From Candidatus Versatilivorator sp. (GTDB taxonomy: Bacteria; Acidobacteriota; Terriglobia; Versatilivoradales; Versatilivoraceae): a stretch of 64,000 nt of DNA. The translations under genes were made by a program, and so were the position numbers. Below the pieces are notes generated by a model. That model did not search any database. It saw only the letters and a list, made by a program, of their open reading frames with translations, and had not been told where the DNA came from. The stretch spans positions 1,632,001-1,696,000 of the forward strand of contig OZ242296.1 in assembly GCA_965207735.1 (NCBI GenBank), given 5' to 3'. Below are positions 39,410-48,446 of the stretch, in pieces. Position 1 is the stretch's first letter, and every line of letters begins with the position of its first letter.

Positions 39410-39681
39410 GGGTCGTGGACCTCCGCACGAGCGAGCACCTGCCGAGCCTCGGTGAGGTCGTCTGCAAACTGGGTGGCTTCGGTTGGGGATAGATGGGGAA
39501 GTGACGCCAATAGCGCGGAGATTTCCACCAGTCGTTTCCCCGCAGGAAGCGGGCGCAGTTCCGCCACGGGTTTATTGCCACGCACGAGCACAAAACATTC
39601 GCCACGACAGGAAACGCGGTTGATGTACTCGGCGAAGTGACGAGCAGCTTCAGTAACAGTGACAGAGAGTGTATGCGCCAT
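39397..39681 (-). CDS. Phd/YefM family antitoxin
   Basis: VTVTEAARHFAEYINRV...GECFVLVRGNKPVAELRP. Confidence 0.8.
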   Translation of the reverse strand: MAHTLSVTVTEAARHFAEYINRVSCRGECFVLVRGNKPVAELRPLPAGKRLVEISALLASLPHLSPTEATQFADDLTEARQVLARAEVHDPWRF

Positions 39682-39880
39682 CGGAGATCCTCCGCGAAAA
39701 CCTGAGAATCATATTGTCGGATTCCCCGCCCGATGTCTACTGTCTCCCGATTATCATGGCTCGGACTGCGGTTGGAAATGGAAATCGCTTGAAAATTGAT
39801 TGGGATTCTGAAGGATAAATGTCCGACTTGGCGGTCGTCCTGTCGGTGTAACCCTTGGGGGGTAAGCGTGGAGCGTGGAA

Positions 39881-40168
39881 TTAGGGGACGTAGCCCCATT
39901 TGCGGAAGGTGGCTTGGAGTTGCGAGTCATCTCGAAACGCCTGATAGTAGATATATTCTGGCGCCAAGTCTGTTCCGTTAGGCCACACGATTGTCTGAAG
40001 TTCTTCGTCCAACCGCAACTTCCTGAACAGGTCCGGCTCCTTCAGCGACTCGAACAGGGGCCCCTCAAGTGCTTCCGCCAGATCCGCAATTCCTTCACGT
40101 CCGTTGCCGAAGCACACCTCCACCCTGTAGCCTTCGAGTGGTTTTGCACCTGTTACATGAAGAAACAC
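39881..40168 (-). CDS. DUF2442 domain protein
   Basis: LHVTGAKPLEGYRVEVCF.NG..G..DL...GPLFESL...TIVWPNGTDLAPE. Confidence 0.85.
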   Translation of the reverse strand: MFLHVTGAKPLEGYRVEVCFGNGREGIADLAEALEGPLFESLKEPDLFRKLRLDEELQTIVWPNGTDLAPEYIYYQAFRDDSQLQATFRKWGYVP

Positions 40169-40224
40169 TGAGTCATTCCAATGGGTCGATGGAATTGGGG
40201 GTTCCCTTCATGTGCCGCGCTGCG

Positions 40225-40740
40225 TCAGCCGGCAAAAAGCAACGCCTCGTTTTCTGTCCGACGGTCGGCGTGCGGATCTTCTATAGACTCGAATACTCGA
40301 AGCCACTCCACATAGCTTTTGGGAAGGTCATGCTCGACAGCGCCTGCGACCACTAGCGCCTTGTACCAATGATAGGGTCGCAGCGCCCGCTCCTTTCTTG
40401 TGGCGATGTAGGTTCGCGCTCGAACCGTACCATGTTTCGTAATCACCTCCACAGTCTCCAACTCGTATCCCTTCCCACGACCCTCCGCGTTGTCCAAAGC
40501 ACGTCGTTGCGAGCATTTGATCTCAAAGATCACGCCGTAGACACGGTCCGTCTCGTTTTCAGTCTCCTCGGCGTCGCATTTCCCAGAGCCATCCCGGCTT
40601 CGTTTGTCAAAAGTCAGCCGGCGACCGGCAGTGTATCCGGTATCTACGAATTCCGCGGAAGGAGTCCGATCGGGCGCTTTGAGCCGACGGGTGAGCATGT
40701 TTGAGCCATATGCGAAATAGTGAAAGGTGTCGTGTGCCAT
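40225..40740 (-). CDS. gamma-glutamylcyclotransferase family protein
   Basis: YFAYGSNM, LTFDKRSRDGSGKC, VYGVIFEI, LDNAEG and PYHWY. Confidence 0.85.
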   Translation of the reverse strand: MAHDTFHYFAYGSNMLTRRLKAPDRTPSAEFVDTGYTAGRRLTFDKRSRDGSGKCDAEETENETDRVYGVIFEIKCSQRRALDNAEGRGKGYELETVEVITKHGTVRARTYIATRKERALRPYHWYKALVVAGAVEHDLPKSYVEWLRVFESIEDPHADRRTENEALLFAG

Positions 40741-40884
40741 GGCTCTGCTCAATTCCAGTTAGCGCCCTGTTTGGCGGGTCTGCTATGCAGCAATCGCATA
40801 AACGACGTGTAATGTGAGCTTACGCAGAGACCGGTGTGAAACTGTTCACGTGCGGGTGTTCCTCGAAATGCCCCGGCCAGCACC

Positions 40885-41175
40885 TCATCCCTGGCCTCGA
40901 GCCAGCAATGCGCGCTTGACCGCCTCCGGCTCCCTTTCGATCACACGCAGAAGTGTTGCCGCCGGGCCGCTGACCCGGCGCGTTCCCTGCTCCCATTTGC
41001 GGTAACCGGAGAGGCTCATACCCATCAATGGCGCCATCTGCGCCTGTGTGAGGTTCGCATGCTCTCGAACCTCGCGCGGGGTCACGGGCGCATGGACAAT
41101 AGCCGTGCCCTCTCCCTTTGCGTGAGCCAGGGCTTCATTGAGCGACTGGATCAGATCTTTGCCAAAGGTGCTCAT
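40885..41175 (-). CDS. XRE-family HTH antitoxin (HigA-like)
   Basis: LTQAQMAPLMGMSLSGYRKWEQG.R...GPAATLLRVI; downstream of a RelE-like toxin. Confidence 0.87.
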   Translation of the reverse strand: MSTFGKDLIQSLNEALAHAKGEGTAIVHAPVTPREVREHANLTQAQMAPLMGMSLSGYRKWEQGTRRVSGPAATLLRVIEREPEAVKRALLARGQG

Positions 41176-41181
41176 TTCCCC

Positions 41182-41517
41182 TCATCTCCCTTTTCGAGCG
41201 GCCTTGAGTGCGGCTGCAATCTTTGCAACTGTGCGCCTTTCATCTGGTGTCATGTCGGCTTTCGCAGTTTTCGCATAGGCGAGCAGTGCGTAGACTGGCA
41301 TGGTTTCGTCCAGATAATAGTAGATCACCCGCGCGCCCCCGCGCTGGCCCCGTCCTAAAGCCGCGAAGCGCAACTTACGGACGCCGCCCGTGCCCGGAAT
41401 TTCGTCGCCTGCCAGAGGATTTTCCGCGAGGAAGGCGATCAGTTCCCGCTTTTCATCTTCACTGAACAGCTTGTCAGCCTGACGAGAGAATGTCGGCGTC
41501 TCAGCCACTGTCTGCAT
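41182..41517 (-). CDS. RelE/HigB family toxin
   Basis: TVAETPTF, NPLAGDEIPGTGGVRKLR, GQRGGARVIYYY and LAYAK. Confidence 0.88.
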   Translation of the reverse strand: MQTVAETPTFSRQADKLFSEDEKRELIAFLAENPLAGDEIPGTGGVRKLRFAALGRGQRGGARVIYYYLDETMPVYALLAYAKTAKADMTPDERRTVAKIAAALKAARKGR

Positions 41518-41529
41518 TTATTAGCATCA

Positions 41530-41544
41530 TACCCCAATGGGGTA
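41530..41544. promoter_or_regulatory. palindromic operator upstream of the higBA-like operon
   Basis: TACCCCA-A-TGGGGTA perfect inverted repeat about 12 bp upstream of the toxin ATG. Confidence 0.6.
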
Positions 41545-41704
41545 GTCCAGGAAAGCCCCCATATGGACCGTTGCATTCACGCTTGCCGCGCATCGACCTC
41601 TTGGATGGAGCCAGGGTAGCCTCCAACTCTCTTAAGAAACCAACCGCAGACGACATATGGACTAACGACATTTGTGGGGAAACCTCATCTAGACTATAGA
41701 AACA

Positions 41705-41947
41705 GCGGAACTCGAGAAAGTTGGTGAGAATCAGATTCGGAAAGGTGGAGCGATAGCGCTTGAGCTGTTCGGAATGCTCGATCAGGTCCAGCCGCTCTTC
41801 GGTCGGTTTCTTGGCCTCAACGTAGCCGACAATGCCGTCCTTGCCGTTCCAGAGACGGAAATCCGGGTTTCCACCCTCGGTGGGCTTGGGAAGTGTGGTG
41901 ACGTGTACGTGCGCCCTGCCGGTTTCTTTGGCTATGCCGCCCAGCAT
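41705..41947 (-). pseudogene. fragment of a restriction-modification enzyme (type ISP/IIG-like N-terminal nuclease)
   Basis: PKPTEGGNPDFRLWNG...IVGYVEAKKP...SEQLKRYRSTFPNLILTNFLEFR (PD-ExK); the rest of the large gene is absent. Confidence 0.72.
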
Positions 41948-42034
41948 TTTCCTAACGCAACTGTGAGAGTCACACCGAGTACGGTGGCAACTGCTGTCAA
42001 CAGACCAACAGCCAGCTTTACGTCAATGGACTCG

Positions 42035-42253
42035 TCAAGCAGTACGTGCATTCGTGCTGAGGGCCTTTCGCGCCATCTCTATGACGGCGATCGCCCTGGC
42101 GCGCTCAACGGCAGGGAAATCGAGCAGGAATTGATCGAGGGTCTCACCAGTTTCCAGATAGTCAAAGAGGTTCTTAACAGGAACCCGAGTCCCAGTGAAA
42201 ACCGGCAAACCACCCTGAATCGCAGGATCTTTGTGAACAGCTTGCTCTTCCAT
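42035..42253 (-). CDS. DUF433 family antitoxin
   Basis: DPAIQGGLPVFTGTRVPV..LFDYL..GETLDQFL.DFP. An overlapping ATG at 42051 starts MHVLLDESIDVKLA (DUF5615 PIN-like), which then degenerates. Confidence 0.87.
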   Translation of the reverse strand: MEEQAVHKDPAIQGGLPVFTGTRVPVKNLFDYLETGETLDQFLLDFPAVERARAIAVIEMARKALSTNARTA

Positions 42254-42299
42254 CCTATTCCTCTCCTATTTCTGCTTTAAGGCATTGTCTCTGACTCAT

Positions 42300-42476
42300 T
42301 CATGAGCGGACACGGTGCCCCATCTCTCTATCGGATATCACACGGCCTTCTCGGGAATCCATAAGACCACGCTCCACCATACGTTCGAACGCAAGTTCAC
42401 GCAGGATTTCCTCATAGGTCGCATCATCCGGCTGCGAATCAGTGACTTCCTTCGTTTTCTCTTTCACTATCGCCAT
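42300..42476 (-). CDS. small orphan antitoxin-like protein (58 aa; usual partner of RelE/ParE toxins)
   Basis: Below the ORF-track cutoff. Manual translation: MAIVKEKTKEVTDSQPDDATYEEILRELAFERMVERGLMDSREGRVISDREMGHRVRS*. Confidence 0.65.
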   Translation of the reverse strand: MAIVKEKTKEVTDSQPDDATYEEILRELAFERMVERGLMDSREGRVISDREMGHRVRS

Positions 42477-42553
42477 GGACTCTTTCCTTCACTTGAGGCA
42501 AACAGATTCTCAAACAACCGCTGAGCTTGGAACCCCTCCTGAACAACCCGGGC

Positions 42554-43786
42554 CTATTTCTTCCCGGCGGCTTCGGTAGCTGACTGGGGACGGCCGGAGA
42601 CGTCGCCACCGAGCCAGCGGTAGGGACGCGGATAGAGGGCCAGGGAGCGGTCCTCCAGCGGCAGCTTGACGGGTACGCTACCCAACTGGGCCGAGATCTT
42701 GCTGGCGATGGCCACTTCCAGGGCGTGGCGCTGGGTCTCGCCGGTGATACGGGGCGGAATCCCCTTGGCCACGGCGTCGATCAGGCAGCTGATGGGAGCC
42801 AGAACGTAATGCCGCTCCGACCCATGGTGGCCGATTCGATCCAATAAGGGCGACAGATCCTTGGACACCGAGTCCCAGGACCAGGGCCGGTAGCCGTGGT
42901 CCACTTCCTTGCGCGCACCCTTGGCGTCGAACCCCTTAAAGATCTGGGTCAGGGGCTCGCCATGGCGGTCCCATCTCACCAGCGCATCCTCCGTCCAGAC
43001 TTCCACCCCCCGATGGGGAGCCACCGCCTCTGCGCCGAAGACCTGGCACTCCAACCCGGAGGTCAGCCGGAAACGGCCGTTGATGCTCAGTCCATAGTCA
43101 GTGGCAGCGTCATCAAGCGCCTCGGGCGGGGTTCCCCAGGTGATGACTTCCTCCACCCGGGCCTGGGTGAAGTGCTCCAGAACCAGGATGCGGGCCGATC
43201 CGCCGGCCAGGATTTCGCCGCGGTAACTGTGAACCGCCACCCCCTGGCGCTTCCCCAGCTCTCCCGAGGCCAGTCGTCTGCCGGCCTCCTCCACCTCCCA
43301 ATTGGACCGTTCCAGGGCACCGCCGGCCAGCACCGTCCCGCGCTGCTTGCAGGTCTCGATCATGCGGTCGGCGTCGGACAACTTGGCGGCAAAGGGCCGG
43401 TCGGTCTGAACTCCCTTGACTCCCGCCTCGGCGCAGGCCACCACGCCGTCCGTCATGTATTTGGTAGGGGTGATGATGGCCGCCAGGTCGGGGACCACCT
43501 CTTTCAGCAGGGCGTCGGCGTCCCGGTAGAGAGCCTTCACTCCGAAGCGCTCCCCCACCACCTTGCGCCGCTCGGGATTCCATTCCGCGATAGCCACCAG
43601 ATCGGTCTGGGGGAGAGCCCGGTAAATCTCGGCGTATTGCTGGCCCAGGCGGCCGCAGCCGATGACGGCCACGCTCAGCCTGTCCTTTGACGCTGCGCCG
43701 GAAGCCCTGCGAGGATAGAGCCCGCCGGCCGCTACTGCTGCCGATACGGATTGAATGAGGAAATCCCTTCTGTTCACCGTGTTCAT
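42554..43786 (-). CDS. Tat-exported Gfo/Idh/MocA family oxidoreductase
   Basis: NRRDFL Tat motif, VIGCGRLG Rossmann motif; TDRPF in place of the usual EKP. Confidence 0.82.
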   Translation of the reverse strand: MNTVNRRDFLIQSVSAAVAAGGLYPRRASGAASKDRLSVAVIGCGRLGQQYAEIYRALPQTDLVAIAEWNPERRKVVGERFGVKALYRDADALLKEVVPDLAAIITPTKYMTDGVVACAEAGVKGVQTDRPFAAKLSDADRMIETCKQRGTVLAGGALERSNWEVEEAGRRLASGELGKRQGVAVHSYRGEILAGGSARILVLEHFTQARVEEVITWGTPPEALDDAATDYGLSINGRFRLTSGLECQVFGAEAVAPHRGVEVWTEDALVRWDRHGEPLTQIFKGFDAKGARKEVDHGYRPWSWDSVSKDLSPLLDRIGHHGSERHYVLAPISCLIDAVAKGIPPRITGETQRHALEVAIASKISAQLGSVPVKLPLEDRSLALYPRPYRWLGGDVSGRPQSATEAAGKK

Positions 43787-43815
43787 GCTTTCCGCTCCTC
43801 CAGAGTTTCTGCCGG

Positions 43816-44079
43816 TTACCCGGGCTTGGATGGGTTCGACCCCGGCCCGTGAGTTCTCTTTGGGCCTAGGCCAGTCGTCAAGATATCTCCCCGAATCCTG
43901 ATCTTGTGTCGCAGGCTGCCGATCAGGTCGGCATGCTGCCGGTCATCATGCTGCCGGTCATAAGGAACAACGTGCGCGACCGGCTTGCCGTGCCTGGTGA
44001 CGATCAAGCCGTCAGCGTCAAGCTGGTCCAACAAGTCCAGGCACTGCTCCTTGAACTTTGCAGCTCCAATCGTTCGCAT
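43816..44079 (-). CDS. orphan Phd/YefM family antitoxin
   Basis: IGAAKFKEQCLDLLD...IVTRHGKPVAHVVP; no toxin downstream; internal 15-bp tandem duplication. Confidence 0.8.
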   Translation of the reverse strand: MRTIGAAKFKEQCLDLLDQLDADGLIVTRHGKPVAHVVPYDRQHDDRQHADLIGSLRHKIRIRGDILTTGLGPKRTHGPGSNPSKPG

Positions 44080-44358
44080 CTCACTTCTCCTTCCAGAGTG
44101 GACATAAGTATACGACTAGATTTCTTGCACCGAAACGACATTGACGGATGGGGCAAGGTATGCGAATTGCGATTGTAGATTGTTTGTAGAAAGAGAACCG
44201 AAACCGGGAGGCAAAAGTCTCCCGCCAGAAAGGGTTCATGATATCCTGCACATCCTTCAAAACCTCTGTGGACCGGGAAGCCGCGGTTGCAGCCACAACT
44301 GCAGATCGCTTGCCGCAGCCTGCTTGCTGAAGGTCCGCTCCGAGCAAGGAGATTCGCG

Positions 44359-46056
44359 ATGATCAGACGCCAATTCATGAAAACAGCCCTGGCTGCCGGT
44401 CTGACCTCGGCCGCCGTCCCGGCCGCATCGGGAGCAGGCCGGCCGGCCCCCGGAGCCAGCGGTCACGGAGGCAAGAAGAAGCCCCGAATCATGTTCTATA
44501 ACGACGCTCGCCATCCGGCCATCTACATGTACGAGCCTCCCATGGAGAAGGAGCAGTTCGAGGCCGCTGTGGACGAGGTGCTGGGAACCCCGGTCGACAC
44601 TTTGGTGTTCGGGTTGGGAGACGGGCGCACCGTTTTCCACAAGACCGAGGTCGGAGAGATCTGGGGAGATCCGGTCGAGAAGTGGCCTCACCTGATCTTC
44701 CGCCGCGCCCACCAGAACGCCAAGATGATGCTGGAATCGGGGCAGGATCCCTTGCGCATCGTGTGCAACCACGCCCGCGCCAACGGACTGATGCTCTATC
44801 CGTCTCTTTTGCTCAACCGGGGGCGGGGAGCGGACCGCCATCGGGACGTTCGCGCGGCCAATTTCACCTGGGAAAACCGGCACCTGGAAATTGGAGCCAG
44901 GGGCGACCTGGACGAAAGCTTTAACGGGTCGAGGCAACTGGACTTCAAACACCGGGAAGTGCAGGACGAGCGTTTCGCGCTCATCGAGGAAGTGCTGAAG
45001 AATTACCCCATTGACGGGTTCGAGTTGTGGTTCGGCCACCACTATTTCTTTCACCCCAAGGAAGTGGAAGCCGGCCTGGAAACCATGACCGCCTGGGTCA
45101 AGCGGGTCCATAAGGCCGTCAAGGCCAGCGGCAAGGATCGGGAGTTGGCGGTTCTGGTCCCCGCCAACATCGAGTGGGCCCGCTCGCTGGGGCTGGACCT
45201 GCCGGAGTGGATCCGCCAGGGCATCGTGGACGTGATCAACGGCCAGAACTACTATCAGAAGATCGACAACCTGGCGGACTTCCGGCCCCTGCTCGAGATT
45301 GCCAAGGGCACTTCCTGCCGCATTCACGCCGGCACCAACGCCATCCTCAACTCGGACCGCGTCAGCGGCGGCACCATCGAAATGATCCGCGGCGTGGCTT
45401 GCAACTACTGGGCCCAGGGAGTCGACGGCCTCTACCTCGGCCAGTGGTTTGCCGGCACCAACTGGCCCTACCAGGCCCCGTTCTACGAGCAGTTGAGAGA
45501 GGTTGCCTATCCCAAGCTCATGGCCCCCAAGGACAAGTTCTACATGGTCCCCACGGCCGATCAGACTCGAAGCAGGCCGCCGACGCAAACGGCTCCCCTC
45601 CCCGTCGAGCTGAAGGAAAACCGGCCCGTCAAATTCAAACTACCCATTGCCGACGACCTGCCTCGCTGGGACAAGCAGAAACGGGTCCATGAGGTGCTGC
45701 TGCGAATCCGTCTGGCCGACAGCACCGAACTCGATCAAGTGACCTTCAAGCTTAACGGAACCGAACTGCTCCAATCCCAGGCGCGCAAGATCAACCACCT
45801 CTATCGCATGCATGCACCCCGCTTCAGGGTCAACAACAGCTACTGGTACATCTACCGGCTGGACCGGGACCACTGGCCCAAGCAGGGCAAAAACACCATC
45901 GAGGTCACCCTCAACAAGCGGGACCCCGACATCACTCCACCGCTGCAACTTCGGGACATCGAGATAGAGACCCGGTACTTGATGGGCAGAAACTACTACC
46001 GCAGCAGCGAGGATACCGACCTCGGCCCCGCGACGATTTCGAGGCCGCGAGCCTAG
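44359..46056 (+). CDS. Tat-exported GHL10/DUF187-like TIM-barrel protein
   Basis: IRRQFMK Tat motif; FYNDARH, GQDPL, LDFKHREV, YPIDGFEL, W...GIVD and GVDGLYL; AGGAG RBS. Confidence 0.75.
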   Translation: MIRRQFMKTALAAGLTSAAVPAASGAGRPAPGASGHGGKKKPRIMFYNDARHPAIYMYEPPMEKEQFEAAVDEVLGTPVDTLVFGLGDGRTVFHKTEVGEIWGDPVEKWPHLIFRRAHQNAKMMLESGQDPLRIVCNHARANGLMLYPSLLLNRGRGADRHRDVRAANFTWENRHLEIGARGDLDESFNGSRQLDFKHREVQDERFALIEEVLKNYPIDGFELWFGHHYFFHPKEVEAGLETMTAWVKRVHKAVKASGKDRELAVLVPANIEWARSLGLDLPEWIRQGIVDVINGQNYYQKIDNLADFRPLLEIAKGTSCRIHAGTNAILNSDRVSGGTIEMIRGVACNYWAQGVDGLYLGQWFAGTNWPYQAPFYEQLREVAYPKLMAPKDKFYMVPTADQTRSRPPTQTAPLPVELKENRPVKFKLPIADDLPRWDKQKRVHEVLLRIRLADSTELDQVTFKLNGTELLQSQARKINHLYRMHAPRFRVNNSYWYIYRLDRDHWPKQGKNTIEVTLNKRDPDITPPLQLRDIEIETRYLMGRNYYRSSEDTDLGPATISRPRA

Positions 46057-46246
46057 TCAACATTTCTCAAGAGGAATCCACGAAGTGACACGATGGACCA
46101 GGAAGGGCCACTACGGGATCGGAGAAGGCTGAAGAGGGTTCCGCCAATGGTCGGGAAGGAACATGTCAAGAGATCTAGAGACCCGATGTGAGCTGCCTTT
46201 GGCGAGAAATCCAGGTGAGGGGAATTTAGCGAGAGGAGCAGACAGC

Positions 46247-48397
46247 ATGTGTGCGTTTGTAAAACGGGGGACAATCCTTTTCCTGCTGCTCTGCTGGAGC
46301 GGCGGTCCCGACCTTTGGGGGCAACCGCCCCCGGAAGTCCCCATGACCCAGATTCCCCAGATCGCCCGGTTCGCCCTAGACCGGCAGGTGGCCGACCGCT
46401 TCGCCGAACTGGCGGAGTTCTCCATTCGACTGCTCCAGTGGAAGGACACGGACCGTCCCTCCGTGATCAAGGCGCAACGATGGCTCAAGTCGGAAATCTA
46501 CAAACAGACCGCGCTGGGTGGCGGAGCCGACACTCCGACCCTGGTCGAGGCCAGCCGCATGGCCGGCGACGGCTACTGGTCGCTGCGTAGCCCCCAACTG
46601 GTCAGGATCCAGTTCGGGGACGACATCGAGGTGATCCAGAGGCCGCGGGAATTGCGCCTGCTGCAAGGAAAGCCCTTTCCGCTTCCGGTGGTCCTGAGAA
46701 ACGGTGCCGCGGCCCCTATGACGGTCAGCCTCAAGACGGCCGGCACGAAAGGAACGGCGATCCACGCGTTCCGACTGCAGCCCGGACAAGCGGCGGGCAC
46801 CTACATGACGTTGCACACGGACGTCGAATCGGAGGCAATGCCCAGCCTGGAAGCGCAAGCCAACGGCAGGACCAAGCCCATTCCGCTGGAGGTTTCGGCG
46901 GTCCCGCCCGGCCGGCTGAATGTGCGGGTGCTGGATGAGGAGGGCTCGGCGACGCCGGCCCGGATCTACCTCACCGGCTCCGACGGGCGGGCCTATTGGC
47001 CGTCAGGGGCGCAGGAACGGGTATCGAACGCCGACTACGGGCAGCCCTTCGGCGGGGACTATTACTTCTACAGCGGCGGCGAGTTCCAGGTCGATCTGCC
47101 TCCCGGGGAAGCCACCCTGGAGGTGGTGAAGGGTTTCGAATACCAACCGGTCTCCCGGAAAGTCTCCGTCGTGGCCGGCGGTTCCGGCACGGCCGAAGTC
47201 CGGCTGCAAAAGCCCTTCGACCTGCGCCGGCAGGGTTGGTTCTCCGGAGACACCCACATTCACCCCAACGTCTACGACGATCGTCTGATGCGGCCCGCCG
47301 ACGTCCTCCTCATCGCCAAGGCCGAAGACCTCAACCTCCCCCAGTTGCTGGTCTGCAACGACGTTTCCTCCCACATCAACGACCGGCAGTATTTCCAGGG
47401 GCGCCCCCATCGTCTCTCCGAGGAGAACACCATCCTCTACTGGAACCAGGAGATGAGGGCCGGGGACGTCAACAACCACGTGGGCTACCTGGGCTTGAAG
47501 TCGCTGGTTCAGCCGGCCTACGTGGGCTGGCCCAGGACTCTCTTCTCCTTCGACTATCCTCCCAACTACCAGATGGGTCTGGCGGCCAAGGCGCAGGGGG
47601 CGGTGGTCACCTACGTGCACCCCGGGTTGCCTTCCCAATACCCGGTGGATATCGCGCTGGGGGCCGCCGACACCATCGACGTGATGTGCCAGCGCAAAGA
47701 GGAAGTCAACACCGAACACTGGTATCAACTGCTCAACTGCGGATTTCAATGCCCCATCTCGGCGGGAACCGATGCCTTCCTGAACACCCCCTACCACCTG
47801 ATCGCGGGCGCCGGGCGGATCTACGTCCGGGCCGGTTCCCCCCTCACCTATGAGGGCTGGCTCAAGGCCTACCGCGAGGGGCGCAGCTTCGCCACCAACG
47901 GGCCGCTGCTGAAGTTCCGGGTCAATGGGAGAGAAGCGGGAGAGGAAATCCGTTGGAAGACCGGGAACCTCCCGTTGGAGATCGAGGCCGAGGCCTTCTC
48001 CCACGTTCCCATGACCCGCATGGACCTGATCGTCAACGGCCGGGTCGCAGCCAGTCAAGAGGCCGAAGAGGGCGGAAAACTCATTCGCCTGGACCGCGAA
48101 ATGGAGATCTCCGACAGCGCCTGGGTGGCGGTGCGGGTCTACGGTGGCCCCCACAAGCTGATCCCCAACGATACGTCTCTTTACGCTCACAGCAGTCCCG
48201 TGTATTGTTACCGGGGAGACAGGAAGATCGCTTTCAGGGAGTCGGCCGCCTTCTTCATCCGGCAAATCGACCAGCTCATCCACAGACTCGAGACCCAGGG
48301 GGTCTTCAGGGATTCGGCCGACAAAGAGGCCATGTTTCAACTGTTCCGAAAGGGACAGCAGGTATACCGAAAGATCGAGGCCGAGGCGGATCGGTGA
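46247..48397 (+). CDS. CehA/McbA family metallohydrolase
   Basis: Signal peptide, PARIYL, VVKGFEY, WFSGDTHIH, WYQLLNCGF, SAGTD, GRSFATNGP and AHSSPVY. Confidence 0.82.
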   Translation: MCAFVKRGTILFLLLCWSGGPDLWGQPPPEVPMTQIPQIARFALDRQVADRFAELAEFSIRLLQWKDTDRPSVIKAQRWLKSEIYKQTALGGGADTPTLVEASRMAGDGYWSLRSPQLVRIQFGDDIEVIQRPRELRLLQGKPFPLPVVLRNGAAAPMTVSLKTAGTKGTAIHAFRLQPGQAAGTYMTLHTDVESEAMPSLEAQANGRTKPIPLEVSAVPPGRLNVRVLDEEGSATPARIYLTGSDGRAYWPSGAQERVSNADYGQPFGGDYYFYSGGEFQVDLPPGEATLEVVKGFEYQPVSRKVSVVAGGSGTAEVRLQKPFDLRRQGWFSGDTHIHPNVYDDRLMRPADVLLIAKAEDLNLPQLLVCNDVSSHINDRQYFQGRPHRLSEENTILYWNQEMRAGDVNNHVGYLGLKSLVQPAYVGWPRTLFSFDYPPNYQMGLAAKAQGAVVTYVHPGLPSQYPVDIALGAADTIDVMCQRKEEVNTEHWYQLLNCGFQCPISAGTDAFLNTPYHLIAGAGRIYVRAGSPLTYEGWLKAYREGRSFATNGPLLKFRVNGREAGEEIRWKTGNLPLEIEAEAFSHVPMTRMDLIVNGRVAASQEAEEGGKLIRLDREMEISDSAWVAVRVYGGPHKLIPNDTSLYAHSSPVYCYRGDRKIAFRESAAFFIRQIDQLIHRLETQGVFRDSADKEAMFQLFRKGQQVYRKIEAEADR

Positions 48398-48446
48398 CCG
48401 CCCGGCGCCTGCGATCTGCAATCAATTACAAGTAAGGAGAAACAAG

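Noticed and set aside
39111-42480. Integron cassette array (short co-oriented genes, TA modules, GTTAG-like words near 40759 and 41955)
   Set aside because: No paired RYYYAAC/GTTRRRY attC structures were found and there is no integrase in the window.
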